Notes under the pieces: model-generated
The model's input: only the letters and a program-made list of their open reading frames with translations
Databases searched by the model: none
What the model was told of the DNA's origin: nothing
Made by a program: the position numbers and the translations under genes
In this document: in pieces, positions 28,394-35,885 of the stretch
How positions within the stretch are numbered: the stretch's first letter is position 1
How the letters are laid out: each line of letters starts with the position of its first letter
NCBI GenBank assembly: GCA_035289605.1
Contig: DATDWR010000014.1
Span: forward strand, 13,798-77,797
From: Candidatus Nanoarchaeia archaeon
Lineage (GTDB): Archaea; Nanobdellota; Nanobdellia; SCGC-AAA011-G17; GW2011-AR18
DNA: 64,000 nucleotides
Reading direction: 5' to 3'

Positions 28394-28409
28394 GTTTGGA
28401 TTTTTTTCA
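28276..28409 (-). repeat. copy B of the ~133-nt dispersed repeat
   Basis: Roughly 80 percent identical to 9721-9853 by hand alignment. It lies 10 nt downstream of the RT stop. Confidence 0.75.
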
Positions 28410-28418
28410 ACAAATATA

Positions 28419-29929
28419 TTAAATTTTTTTAGAGCATTGTTCTCTCTGTTTTGTATTAAGAAAACATTTTCTGAAGCAGTATTCTTTTTTGTACCATTTA
28501 ACTACTGTTGAAATACTCTTCTTTTTGTTTTCATATTTTACGCTTGCTAATACGCAGTTTATTTCATTGTAAGTTATAGATTCATCTTTTATTCTTTCTT
28601 TTATATCTTTCAACTTTTCATTTTCATCTTTGATATTATTTAGAATTGTTATTATTTTATTTTTAGGGATTATTCTCCATATGCTTATCTGATTGTATTC
28701 TATTAAATTAGCAAGATGACTCCATACTGTTGATTCTTTAATGCCTCTTTGTTGCGCTATCTGTTTTATGCTTAATCCCTTCTTTAGCATTTGTAGTGTT
28801 TTTTGTGTTGTAAACTTGTAGTCTGCTGCTTCTATTTTCTTTAGGAAATTGTCATGTTTTTTAGGGTTTTTTATTTCAGTATTTGGTTCTACTGGGAAGT
28901 CTTTATTGAATTTCCTTGTTATTTGCCTTCTATATTTGTATGTGTCTGCATTAGAAACATATGCAGTCCATCCTTCAAATATTTCTATGACTTTTTCTCT
29001 TTCAACTGCGCCTTTTTCATATAATCCTTTTAACATTAAAAAATTTCTTTCAAACTTTTGCAGATTCTTTTTTCTTATTAGCTTGAATTCTGGAAATATT
29101 CTAAATCCTAAGAAATTTGTCCCGTTGCTTGACTGTATTATTTTAGATTTGTCTGGGTGTAATTCTAAGGCTAATTTTGTTTTTAAGAATTCGTCTATTT
29201 TATTTTTGTAATAATCTAACAATGTTTTATGCTTATGTAAGATTACGAAGTCATCCACATATCTTACGTAGTATTTTACTTTTAATTGCTCTTTTACATA
29301 GTGATCAAGTTCGTTAAGGTAGACATTTGCAAAGAATTGTGAAGTTAAGTTCCCTAAAGGCATCCCAATTTTTGCCGTCGCCCCCCCCCGCTGTGGTTTG
29401 CCAAGATTGTTTTTATTAACCAGATTAATCTTGAGTCATTTACTTTTTTCTTAATTAACGTGATTAATATTTCATGATTAACTGTTTCGAAATAGTGTTT
29501 AATATCTGCTTTCAAGACATAACAGTCTCTTGTGTAATTTTTTGAAACTTTTCTTTTGAAAAAGTCAAATCTCTGAACTGCTTTAAATGCTCCTTTTCTT
29601 GCTCTGTTAGCATAATTATCAAAAATGAAACTATTGTCAAAAATAGGTTCTATTATATTACATATCGCATGATGTATTACTCTATCTCTGAAGTCTGACT
29701 TGCTTATCTTTCTTGTTTTTGGATCTCTAAGGATGAAAGTTTGTAAGGGTCTTGGCTTGTAAGTGTGAAATATTATTTCAGATTGCAAATCTAAAAGATT
29801 TTGTTTTAAATCTTTTTCAAAGTCTATAACATATTGCTTCAATGTTTTTCTTTTTCTTGCTTTTTCATAAGCTAAGTAAAGATTATCGTAAGAAATAATT
29901 TGACTAAAAATATCAATTTCGTTATCCAT
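28419..29929 (-). CDS. DGR-type reverse transcriptase with C-terminal HTH extension, interrupted by a frameshift in a G9 tract
   Basis: Track ORFs 29354..29929 and 28419..29363 are the two halves. Motifs present: FRDRVIHHAI, ADIKHYFETVNH, LGNLTSQFFANVYLNELDHYV ([I/L]GxxxSQ, the DGR hallmark), YVRYVDDFVIL, LHPDKSKI and NFLGFRI. Adding one G at 29381-29389 gives ...HSGGGATAKIGMPLGNLTSQ... Confidence 0.85.
29381..29389 (-). other. G9 (plus strand C9) homopolymer at the RT frameshift site
   Basis: cgCCCCCCCCCgc in a strongly AT-rich genome. The frames of the two RT halves differ by +1 exactly here. Confidence 0.9.
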
Positions 29930-29949
29930 TTTATAATCAAGGTTATTTT

Positions 29950-30230
29950 AGTCCCAGCTTTTGTTGTCTTTGCTATTCCAACCACACGGCCGTAGAAGTT
30001 GTCTAGATTGTAGTTGCCATTCAAACCGTTGTTGTAGTAGCCAACAAACAGCACACGGCCAGCAGAGTAGCCCTTTCACTTTTTACTATTCACTGCCGCT
30101 TCACCATTTTTGGCGTTGCGACTGTATTTTATAGCAATAATATTGCCTTAGTGAAAAGGCGTGTAGCCCAAGCCACTCCAAAATTTAACTTACTACACCG
30201 ACGCATAGTAAATTAATAAGTGCTGGGACT
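29950..30230 (-). ncRNA. putative TR-containing DGR RNA bounded by a perfect 9-bp inverted repeat
   Basis: agtcccagc (29950-29958) and gctgggact (30222-30230) are exact reverse complements bracketing the TR plus spacer. Internal hairpins lie at 30190-30211 and 30134-30146, and 30070-30079 pairs with 30151-30160 (9 of 10). A TATA-like ttttatac element lies ~26 nt upstream. Confidence 0.45.
29971..30060 (-). repeat. DGR template repeat (TR)
   Basis: Non-coding copy of the VR. On the minus strand it reads ggccgtgtgctgtttgttggctactacaacaacggtttgaatggcaactacaatctagacaacttctacggccgtgtggttggaatagca, rich in AAY and TAC codons. Confidence 0.85.
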
Positions 30231-30262
30231 GAAAATTCTAAAAAATAAGAAGTATAAAAGGT

Positions 30263-31084
30263 TTATTCAACTACTTTTACTCTGGAATCTCTAACAGGAA
30301 CATATAAAGTTCCATTATGTTCAAATGCTCTTTTCTCACTTAAAGCACCAGCTACTCTTGCTTCTAATTTAGGATCCAAATTTTTTGCGACACTATGCGC
30401 CTCTGGCGCAACCCCAACCACACGGCCGCAGAAGAAGTCTAGATAGAAGCCAATCAAACCGTCTTTGCAGCAGCCAACAAACAGCACACGGCCTCTGGCT
30501 TCGTCACCTAAATCATCTCTATGCCATACGCCGATTCTGTTGCCGTAAGCTTTCTTGTGAGCTGCTAGATATCTTTCTGCGTTTTCTTGTCCGCCTAAAA
30601 ATGGGACAGTTTGAGGATGTGCTAAAGCTTCGTCAACTTTTATAACACCGCTAGTTGATTTTCTTAAAGTGTCATGATCAACAACGAAAACTCTTCCGTT
30701 GCCTTCTTGGTCTAGTAAACTATAAAATTCATCTTGAGGCATTATTCCAGCACCATTAACTAATTTACCATCATCTATAGCTTTTGCTACATTTGCTGGA
30801 TTGCTGAAGTAATTGGGAACGTGACCATAAACAACTACTGGTTTTCCGTGTCTTGTCTTTCCTGTTGCTCTAATGCTTGGAGTTCCAAACCATACTTCCC
30901 ATAATCTGGATTCTTTATCAGCGTCTGTTCTTGCTTGTGCTAGTTCTGGCATGAATAAAGGATTGTAACCTGCATCTGCACAATCTTTAAAGGATCTGTC
31001 AACACTGTGGCTTCCTTCTGCATAAAATTCTCTAGCTTGAGAAACAACTTTTCTTACAATATCGATCACATTATTATATGCCAT
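30263..31084 (-). CDS. DGR variable (target) protein, cytoplasmic, unknown N-terminal domain
   Basis: 273 aa with no signal peptide or TM. The VR encodes GRVLFVGCCKDGLIGFYLDFFCGRVVGVA about 45 aa from the C-terminus. It is visibly more GC-rich than its surroundings. Confidence 0.85.
   Translation of the reverse strand: MAYNNVIDIVRKVVSQAREFYAEGSHSVDRSFKDCADAGYNPLFMPELAQARTDADKESRLWEVWFGTPSIRATGKTRHGKPVVVYGHVPNYFSNPANVAKAIDDGKLVNGAGIMPQDEFYSLLDQEGNGRVFVVDHDTLRKSTSGVIKVDEALAHPQTVPFLGGQENAERYLAAHKKAYGNRIGVWHRDDLGDEARGRVLFVGCCKDGLIGFYLDFFCGRVVGVAPEAHSVAKNLDPKLEARVAGALSEKRAFEHNGTLYVPVRDSRVKVVE
30397..30409 (-). other. GC hairpin at the 3' edge of VR1 (gcgcc-aga-ggcgc on the coding strand)
   Basis: 5-bp GC stem with a 3-nt loop. 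It is absent at the equivalent TR position. This is analogous to the target-recognition hairpins described downstream of VRs in other DGRs. Confidence 0.55.
30407..30493 (-). repeat. DGR variable repeat (VR1)
   Basis: An 87-nt match to the TR. Differences: 13 substitutions at TR adenines, 1 at a TR cytosine, and one 3-nt gap (hand alignment). Confidence 0.85.
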
Positions 31085-31113
31085 TGTTATATCTAAAATA
31101 GAGAAATTATAAG

Positions 31114-31151
31114 TTTATAAGCTTTTCTATTTGTTATTACTTTTAAGTAAT
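31114..31151 (-). promoter_or_regulatory. promoter block of the DGR target gene: BRE/TATA (aaagcttataaa) plus upstream palindrome ATTACTT-N2-AAGTAAT
   Basis: The TATA lies ~30 nt upstream of the ATG. The 38-nt block is nearly identical to 42958-42994 upstream of the paralog. Confidence 0.5.
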
Positions 31152-31155
31152 ATAA

Positions 31156-32358
31156 TTAAAGCACATAATATAAAATAACAGGCACAATTAAGCATCCCAT
31201 CAAGTGTGTATTTTCTATGTTAAGCAATTTAGGTATTATTCCTATAGAAGACGCTGTAATAAGAACTATCAATCCAAGATATCCTGTAAGTATTGATACA
31301 ATGAATACTAAAAATATTATAATTCCAAGGCAGAGTTTTGAATAATTTATTTTCTCAATGTATTTGCAGAATAAAGAATTTAATTTTAGTGCAAGTATTA
31401 TTGCTATAAATGAAGCTGTTAATGCCGTTGCTAATAATAATATTAAATGTATTTTTGTGAAATTGTTTATAAAATTTGATATCACAACAACTGCTCCGTT
31501 TCTTGCTTTGTCTATGCTGAATAATGCTATAAAGCTCAGTATCATTGATGTTGTGTTTATTGAGTTGTTTATTATGAGGTATTCTTTTGGATCTTTTGTT
31601 TTTGATATTGTTGAAGCTATTATTGTTGTGTGGGAGCTTGTTAGTCCTGGTAGAAAGCTTGTAAGTATAGAGGATATTAAGCTTATAATAGTATTTTTTG
31701 CCAGTCTGATTTTATCAATTATTATTTTGTCTATTTCTATTTGTTTTGGTATTGTTGTTTTTGATTTCAAGCTTATTATGAGTGAACTAACACCAAATAA
31801 TCCTGACAACAATGGAAATAGTGGCTGTTCTAGTGTTTTCATATTGAATACAGCAAGTCCTAATATTCCAGTCAGAGCAAATAACATGAATGCAAGTGTT
31901 CTAGATTTTGATTTCCATATTATGTATGCACTTATACAAATCAATACTGTTGCAATGTAATTTTTTATTATTGGATAGCTAAGTTCTACTAAATGTATTA
32001 TGAATGGTGTTAGTATTATTGAACTAACTAGTCCTAGAAAGCTTCCTATGATAGCAAGCCTTATTGCTTCTCCTCCTTTCCCCTCAAGCAGTAGTTTATG
32101 GGCTGGAAGTGCAGTTAGCACATCATCAGCATTTGGAGCTCCTAAGAATGTTGTTGGTATTATATCAAGGAATGTATGTGTTATTGCCATGCTAGTTATT
32201 GCTATTACTAAGATTATTGGTTGTGTGTAATTCAGGAGTATGGAAGACAGGGCAAAAATTAGTGCTGAAACCAAGTTGATGTGCACTCCTGGTGTTATTC
32301 CTGTTATTGTTCCTAGTATGCATCCTATTATTATTGCTAATATTATTTGTTCTATCAT
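31156..32358 (-). CDS. TctA/DUF112-family membrane protein
   Basis: 400-aa polytopic protein. GITPGVHINLVSAL and LGAPNADDVLTALPAHKLLLEGKG are typical of the DUF112 family. Confidence 0.65.
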   Translation of the reverse strand: MIEQIILAIIIGCILGTITGITPGVHINLVSALIFALSSILLNYTQPIILVIAITSMAITHTFLDIIPTTFLGAPNADDVLTALPAHKLLLEGKGGEAIRLAIIGSFLGLVSSIILTPFIIHLVELSYPIIKNYIATVLICISAYIIWKSKSRTLAFMLFALTGILGLAVFNMKTLEQPLFPLLSGLFGVSSLIISLKSKTTIPKQIEIDKIIIDKIRLAKNTIISLISSILTSFLPGLTSSHTTIIASTISKTKDPKEYLIINNSINTTSMILSFIALFSIDKARNGAVVVISNFINNFTKIHLILLLATALTASFIAIILALKLNSLFCKYIEKINYSKLCLGIIIFLVFIVSILTGYLGLIVLITASSIGIIPKLLNIENTHLMGCLIVPVILYYVL

Positions 32359-32462
32359 CTGTTCATCTTGTTTTTAGAATTAATATTTGTTTAGTAATAA
32401 TTTTTGAAAAGTTTACAACAAAAACCAAAAAGATTTTAAATTTATTAAAAAAGTAATATAGA

Positions 32463-32693
32463 ATGAAAGAAGAAATGGGAATTTATCTTGATGAAGAAGG
32501 AGATTTTTTAGAGATTTCTATAGGCAAACCTGCAAAATGTATTGCTACGGAAGTTTCTCGAAGAATATTTATAAGAAAAGATGAAAAGACAGGTGAAGTT
32601 AAAAGTATTGGAATATTAAGCTTTATAAAAAGATCTAAAGAATTAAATGATATAGAATTTACTCTGCCTATTAAAATTAGTATGAGTGCATAA
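32463..32693 (+). CDS. DUF2283-like small protein
   Basis: YLDEEGDFLEISIGKP...KDEKTGEVKSIGILSF pattern. Confidence 0.5.
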   Translation: MKEEMGIYLDEEGDFLEISIGKPAKCIATEVSRRIFIRKDEKTGEVKSIGILSFIKRSKELNDIEFTLPIKISMSA

Positions 32694-32694
32694 T

Positions 32695-33078
32695 CTATAA
32701 TAGATTTTTTTCAATAAATTTTATCATTTCTATATTATCTGAATTTTTAAAAGCTAGATAAGCTTCTTTCACATCTCCATTGCTAATTAAAGCCATTCCA
32801 ACTTTGTCTAGACCTTCTTTATTCTTAGAGTATAAGAATGACTTCAAAGCATAATTCAGTTTGTTTTTCAAAATCAGTTCATTTCCTAATTTTTCAAGTC
32901 TTTCAAAGTTCTTGGTTATTGCAAATGTTTTGATTGCATCTTCGTAGAATTCTTTTTGTATGAAATTTTCAGCAGTTTTTTCAAATTCTTTCTTTAAATT
33001 TTCAGATAGTCCTTGTGTTTGTATTTCTGACAAGTCTTTTTTTAGTAGGTCTTTAAGAATTAGTGTGTAATCTTCCAT
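32695..33078 (-). CDS. helical-repeat protein (TPR-like), paralogous to the upstream gene
   Basis: Repeats of the type A(I/Y)K.F....N.E+LEKLG. Confidence 0.5.
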   Translation of the reverse strand: MEDYTLILKDLLKKDLSEIQTQGLSENLKKEFEKTAENFIQKEFYEDAIKTFAITKNFERLEKLGNELILKNKLNYALKSFLYSKNKEGLDKVGMALISNGDVKEAYLAFKNSDNIEMIKFIEKNLL

Positions 33079-33819
33079 TTACACATATACTCTGGATGCT
33101 AGGTCTTTGTCTCCAAAGTTTTCTCTGATGAATTGTACCATCATTTCATTCCTTGCAGATTGAAATGCCCTTAATGCATTTGAAAGTAGTCCCATCTTCA
33201 TGAATTCTTCTCCTACTCTGTTTAGCTTTTCTGGCTCTCCTGCTAGTTCATAGGCTTTTGCTGCATGTAAGAATTCTTTTTGTGAAAAGCATTTCTCTCC
33301 TATGCTTAATAATTTTGTTTTGTTGTCTAGTGCGCTGAATACTTCAATTGCAAATTCTAGTTTTCCTTTCTCCAGGCAGTAATCCCCGACTTTGTTTAGC
33401 TTGTCTTGGTCTCCTACTGCCTTGAATGCTGCTATAGCCTCTGCTAGGTGTCCTTCCTCCAGGCACTTTTCCCCTGTCCTTAGTAGTTTGTCTTTGTCTT
33501 CTGCTAGCTTGTATGCTTCTACTGCATGCCCGAATAATCCCATTTTTGCATGCTCGTCCCCTATAGCAATAAGCCTTGCTTTGTTTCCTGTCATTTTGAA
33601 TATTTTTATTGCTTCTAGTACTTGGTTTCTTTTTAGGTATTCTTCTCCTGCTGCATTTAGAAGTTCTTTTTTCTTTTCTTCGCTGAACATTGACAAGTTT
33701 GCATTTTCCAAGCCTTTCTTCATTAGTGCAGGTATAATTTTGCTGAATGGGTTTTCATCTGTCTTTGCAGAGTATTCTTCTACCATTCTAGAAACGTCTC
33801 TTTTTATGTAATCAACCAT
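33079..33819 (-). CDS. tandem ~33-aa helical-repeat protein (TPR-like)
   Basis: At least five units of the form G.....A+.A(Y/F)K.AGD.DKL..+G+. Confidence 0.55.
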   Translation of the reverse strand: MVDYIKRDVSRMVEEYSAKTDENPFSKIIPALMKKGLENANLSMFSEEKKKELLNAAGEEYLKRNQVLEAIKIFKMTGNKARLIAIGDEHAKMGLFGHAVEAYKLAEDKDKLLRTGEKCLEEGHLAEAIAAFKAVGDQDKLNKVGDYCLEKGKLEFAIEVFSALDNKTKLLSIGEKCFSQKEFLHAAKAYELAGEPEKLNRVGEEFMKMGLLSNALRAFQSARNEMMVQFIRENFGDKDLASRVYV

Positions 33820-33895
33820 TATAGCCTCTTAAAGAGGTAAAAGCCTTTACTGATTTAAATATTTATCTGTGGTTTAATAGTAATGTTATTTCATA

Positions 33896-34282
33896 TTAGC
33901 CAAATACTTTTATTGTTTCTGCATTTACCTGCAGCTTACCTTCTCTTATTGTTAGTTTTCCCTCTATTTCTGCTATGCTTCCCTTTTTTGCATAGATATT
34001 TTTGCTGAAGACTACAACATCTATTTTTCCTGTATTGTCTTGTATTTCTATTAATTTTATTCCTCCGAGAGAGTTAACGCTGTTTACTATACCTTTTATT
34101 TTTACATTTTTTTCTATGCTATTTTTGTCAAGTTTGCTTATGTCAGATTCTTCCAGACTTATCACATTTCCAAGTATAATTATAGTGCACAATCCAAATA
34201 CTGCCGCAATTATGCTTATCTTTAGAAGTATTTTGTCATTCATGGCTTTAATTGGGAATTTAATATTTAATACTCTTTGCAA
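33896..34282 (-). CDS. membrane-anchored OB-fold protein
   Basis: N-terminal TM, then an OB-like segment (VKIKGIVNSVNSLGGIKLIEIQDNTGKIDVVVFS). Confidence 0.55.
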   Translation of the reverse strand: MQRVLNIKFPIKAMNDKILLKISIIAAVFGLCTIIILGNVISLEESDISKLDKNSIEKNVKIKGIVNSVNSLGGIKLIEIQDNTGKIDVVVFSKNIYAKKGSIAEIEGKLTIREGKLQVNAETIKVFG

Positions 34283-34349
34283 GCTTTTTCTGTATGTTTT
34301 CTCTTTTTTCTGTAGAAAATTTTATTAATAAGTCTTTCTCAGTCTATTT

Positions 34350-35489
34350 ATGGGTTTTATAATTAAAAATAAGAAAGAAGCCAGTGAGCTTTATGATAAG
34401 GAAATTGCTGCTCCTTCTGTTAATGAAGAAAATGAGTTATTAAAGAATAGTTTGAATTATCTTAAAAATGAGCTTGGCAAGTTCAAGGAGCTTCCTTTGC
34501 TTGTTTGCGAAGCTAAGAAGGTTATTAATAACAAGGTGCTGATTAAGGTTCCGAATGGAAGTCATTTCCTGGTAAATACATCATCCAATGTTGTTGTAGA
34601 GCCTGGTGATACTGTCTTGGTTGAGCAGCGTTCTCTTACTGTGGTCCAGAAGTTTGATAATTCTAAGTCTTTTGACATTGAGGATTTCATAATTGTAGAG
34701 AAGCCTGATATTAGCTGGGATAATATAGGTGGCTTGGAAGAGCAGATAAAGGAAATAAAGGAAGTTGTTGAGTTGCCCTTGCTTAAGCCGGAATTATTTA
34801 AGGAAATAGGTATTGATCCTCCTAAGGGAATTTTACTTCATGGTCCTCCTGGTACTGGCAAGACTTTGTTGGCAAAGGCTGTAGCAAATAGTGCTAATGC
34901 TACTTTTATTGAGGTTGTTGGCTCAGAGCTTGTTCAGAAATTTATTGGTGAGGGTGCAAAGCTTGTTCGTGACATTTTTGCTCTTGCAAGGGAAAGGGCT
35001 CCTTCAATTATTTTTATTGATGAGATAGATGCTTTGGCTGCTGAGAGGATGAATATTGGGGTTTCCGGGGAAAGGGAGGTGCAGAGGACATTTATTCAGC
35101 TTCTTACAGAAATTGATGGTTTTAATAATTTGGACAATGTAAAAGTTGTTGCAGCTACAAACAGGATTGATATTTTGGATCCTGCTTTGTTAAGGCCTGG
35201 AAGGTTTGACCGTCTTATAGAGATTCCTCTTCCAGATGAGAAGGCTAGGCTTGATATTGTTAAACTTCATAGTAATAAGATGAAGACAGATGATCTGAAT
35301 TTTGACGAAATAATCAGGAAAACAGATGGCTTTAATGGTGCTGAAGTGAAGGCTGTTTGTACTGAAGCAGGTTATTTTGCTATTCGTGAAGAAAGAAAAG
35401 TAATAAACTCAGATGATTTTTTCAAGGCTATAGACAAGATTGCTGGTGTTAAGTATGAAGATGATGAATACCTTGGAATGTTTGGTTAG
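34350..35489 (+). CDS. pan: proteasome-activating nucleotidase-like AAA+ ATPase
   Basis: N-terminal coiled coil plus OB domain, Walker [16 protein letters not shown], Walker B IIFIDEID, and [23 protein letters not shown]. Confidence 0.85.
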   Translation: MGFIIKNKKEASELYDKEIAAPSVNEENELLKNSLNYLKNELGKFKELPLLVCEAKKVINNKVLIKVPNGSHFLVNTSSNVVVEPGDTVLVEQRSLTVVQKFDNSKSFDIEDFIIVEKPDISWDNIGGLEEQIKEIKEVVELPLLKPELFKEIGIDPPKGILLHGPPGTGKTLLAKAVANSANATFIEVVGSELVQKFIGEGAKLVRDIFALARERAPSIIFIDEIDALAAERMNIGVSGEREVQRTFIQLLTEIDGFNNLDNVKVVAATNRIDILDPALLRPGRFDRLIEIPLPDEKARLDIVKLHSNKMKTDDLNFDEIIRKTDGFNGAEVKAVCTEAGYFAIREERKVINSDDFFKAIDKIAGVKYEDDEYLGMFG

Positions 35490-35530
35490 GCTTTAGTAAA
35501 GTTTTTAGAGCTCTCTATGTTTTTTATTGT

Positions 35531-35863
35531 ATGAAAGTTGATGATCGCTTAGAGGAATTAAGAAAATTTGGTATTGAGCTGAGAACAGATATTAGCAGGT
35601 CTGCAAGGAAAAAGACTAATTTGGTTTTTGCTAGATACGATGATGGTAGCCTGGAATTTCGTTCCGAAATGTTTAAGAAGAATACTTATAAAAATGATGG
35701 ATTGATGAAGAAGATTCTTGAAGCACAAGGAATTCCAACAAGAGGCATGGCTGGGATAAACACTGAAATACATCGTATAAAAACAGATGATAGCAGGGAA
35801 TACTATTTTGAATATCCTGCAAGATTTTACTTTAATATAAGGTGTAAAGATAGATATTTATAG
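35531..35863 (+). CDS. hypothetical protein
   Basis: 110-aa ORF with no recognised motif. Confidence 0.4.
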   Translation: MKVDDRLEELRKFGIELRTDISRSARKKTNLVFARYDDGSLEFRSEMFKKNTYKNDGLMKKILEAQGIPTRGMAGINTEIHRIKTDDSREYYFEYPARFYFNIRCKDRYL

Positions 35864-35885
35864 TATAAGCCAATAATTAAATTAT

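Larger units (their letters stand above)
28232..31084 (-). mobile_element. diversity-generating retroelement (DGR) cassette: target gene with VR, structured spacer with TR, RT, transposase-like 3' remnant
   Basis: See the component features and findings. The order on the minus strand is target/VR, TR, RT, which is the canonical DGR layout. Confidence 0.85.

Noticed and set aside
28419-29929. Interpreting the RT as a group II intron maturase or a retron RT
   Set aside because: There is no maturase X or endonuclease domain and no recognisable intron domain V/VI-like RNA. Motif 4 is LGNLTSQ, which is DGR-type, and a cognate TR/VR pair with A-specific mismatches is present.
29872-30054. Track ORF (60 aa, minus strand) MLFVGYYNNGLNGNYNLDNFYGRVVGIAKTTKAG...
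   Set aside because: This is the template repeat read in the VR frame and running into the RT start region. It has a GTG start, and its Asn/Tyr-rich content is the TR signature. It is not an independent gene.
30385-30645. Plus-strand 86-aa ORF inside the DGR target gene
   Set aside because: It is antisense to a well-supported CDS in a locally GC-richer stretch, so it is a shadow ORF.
31358-32230. Plus-strand ORFs (200 aa and 76 aa) opposite the TctA-like gene
   Set aside because: They are antisense shadows of a polytopic membrane protein gene.
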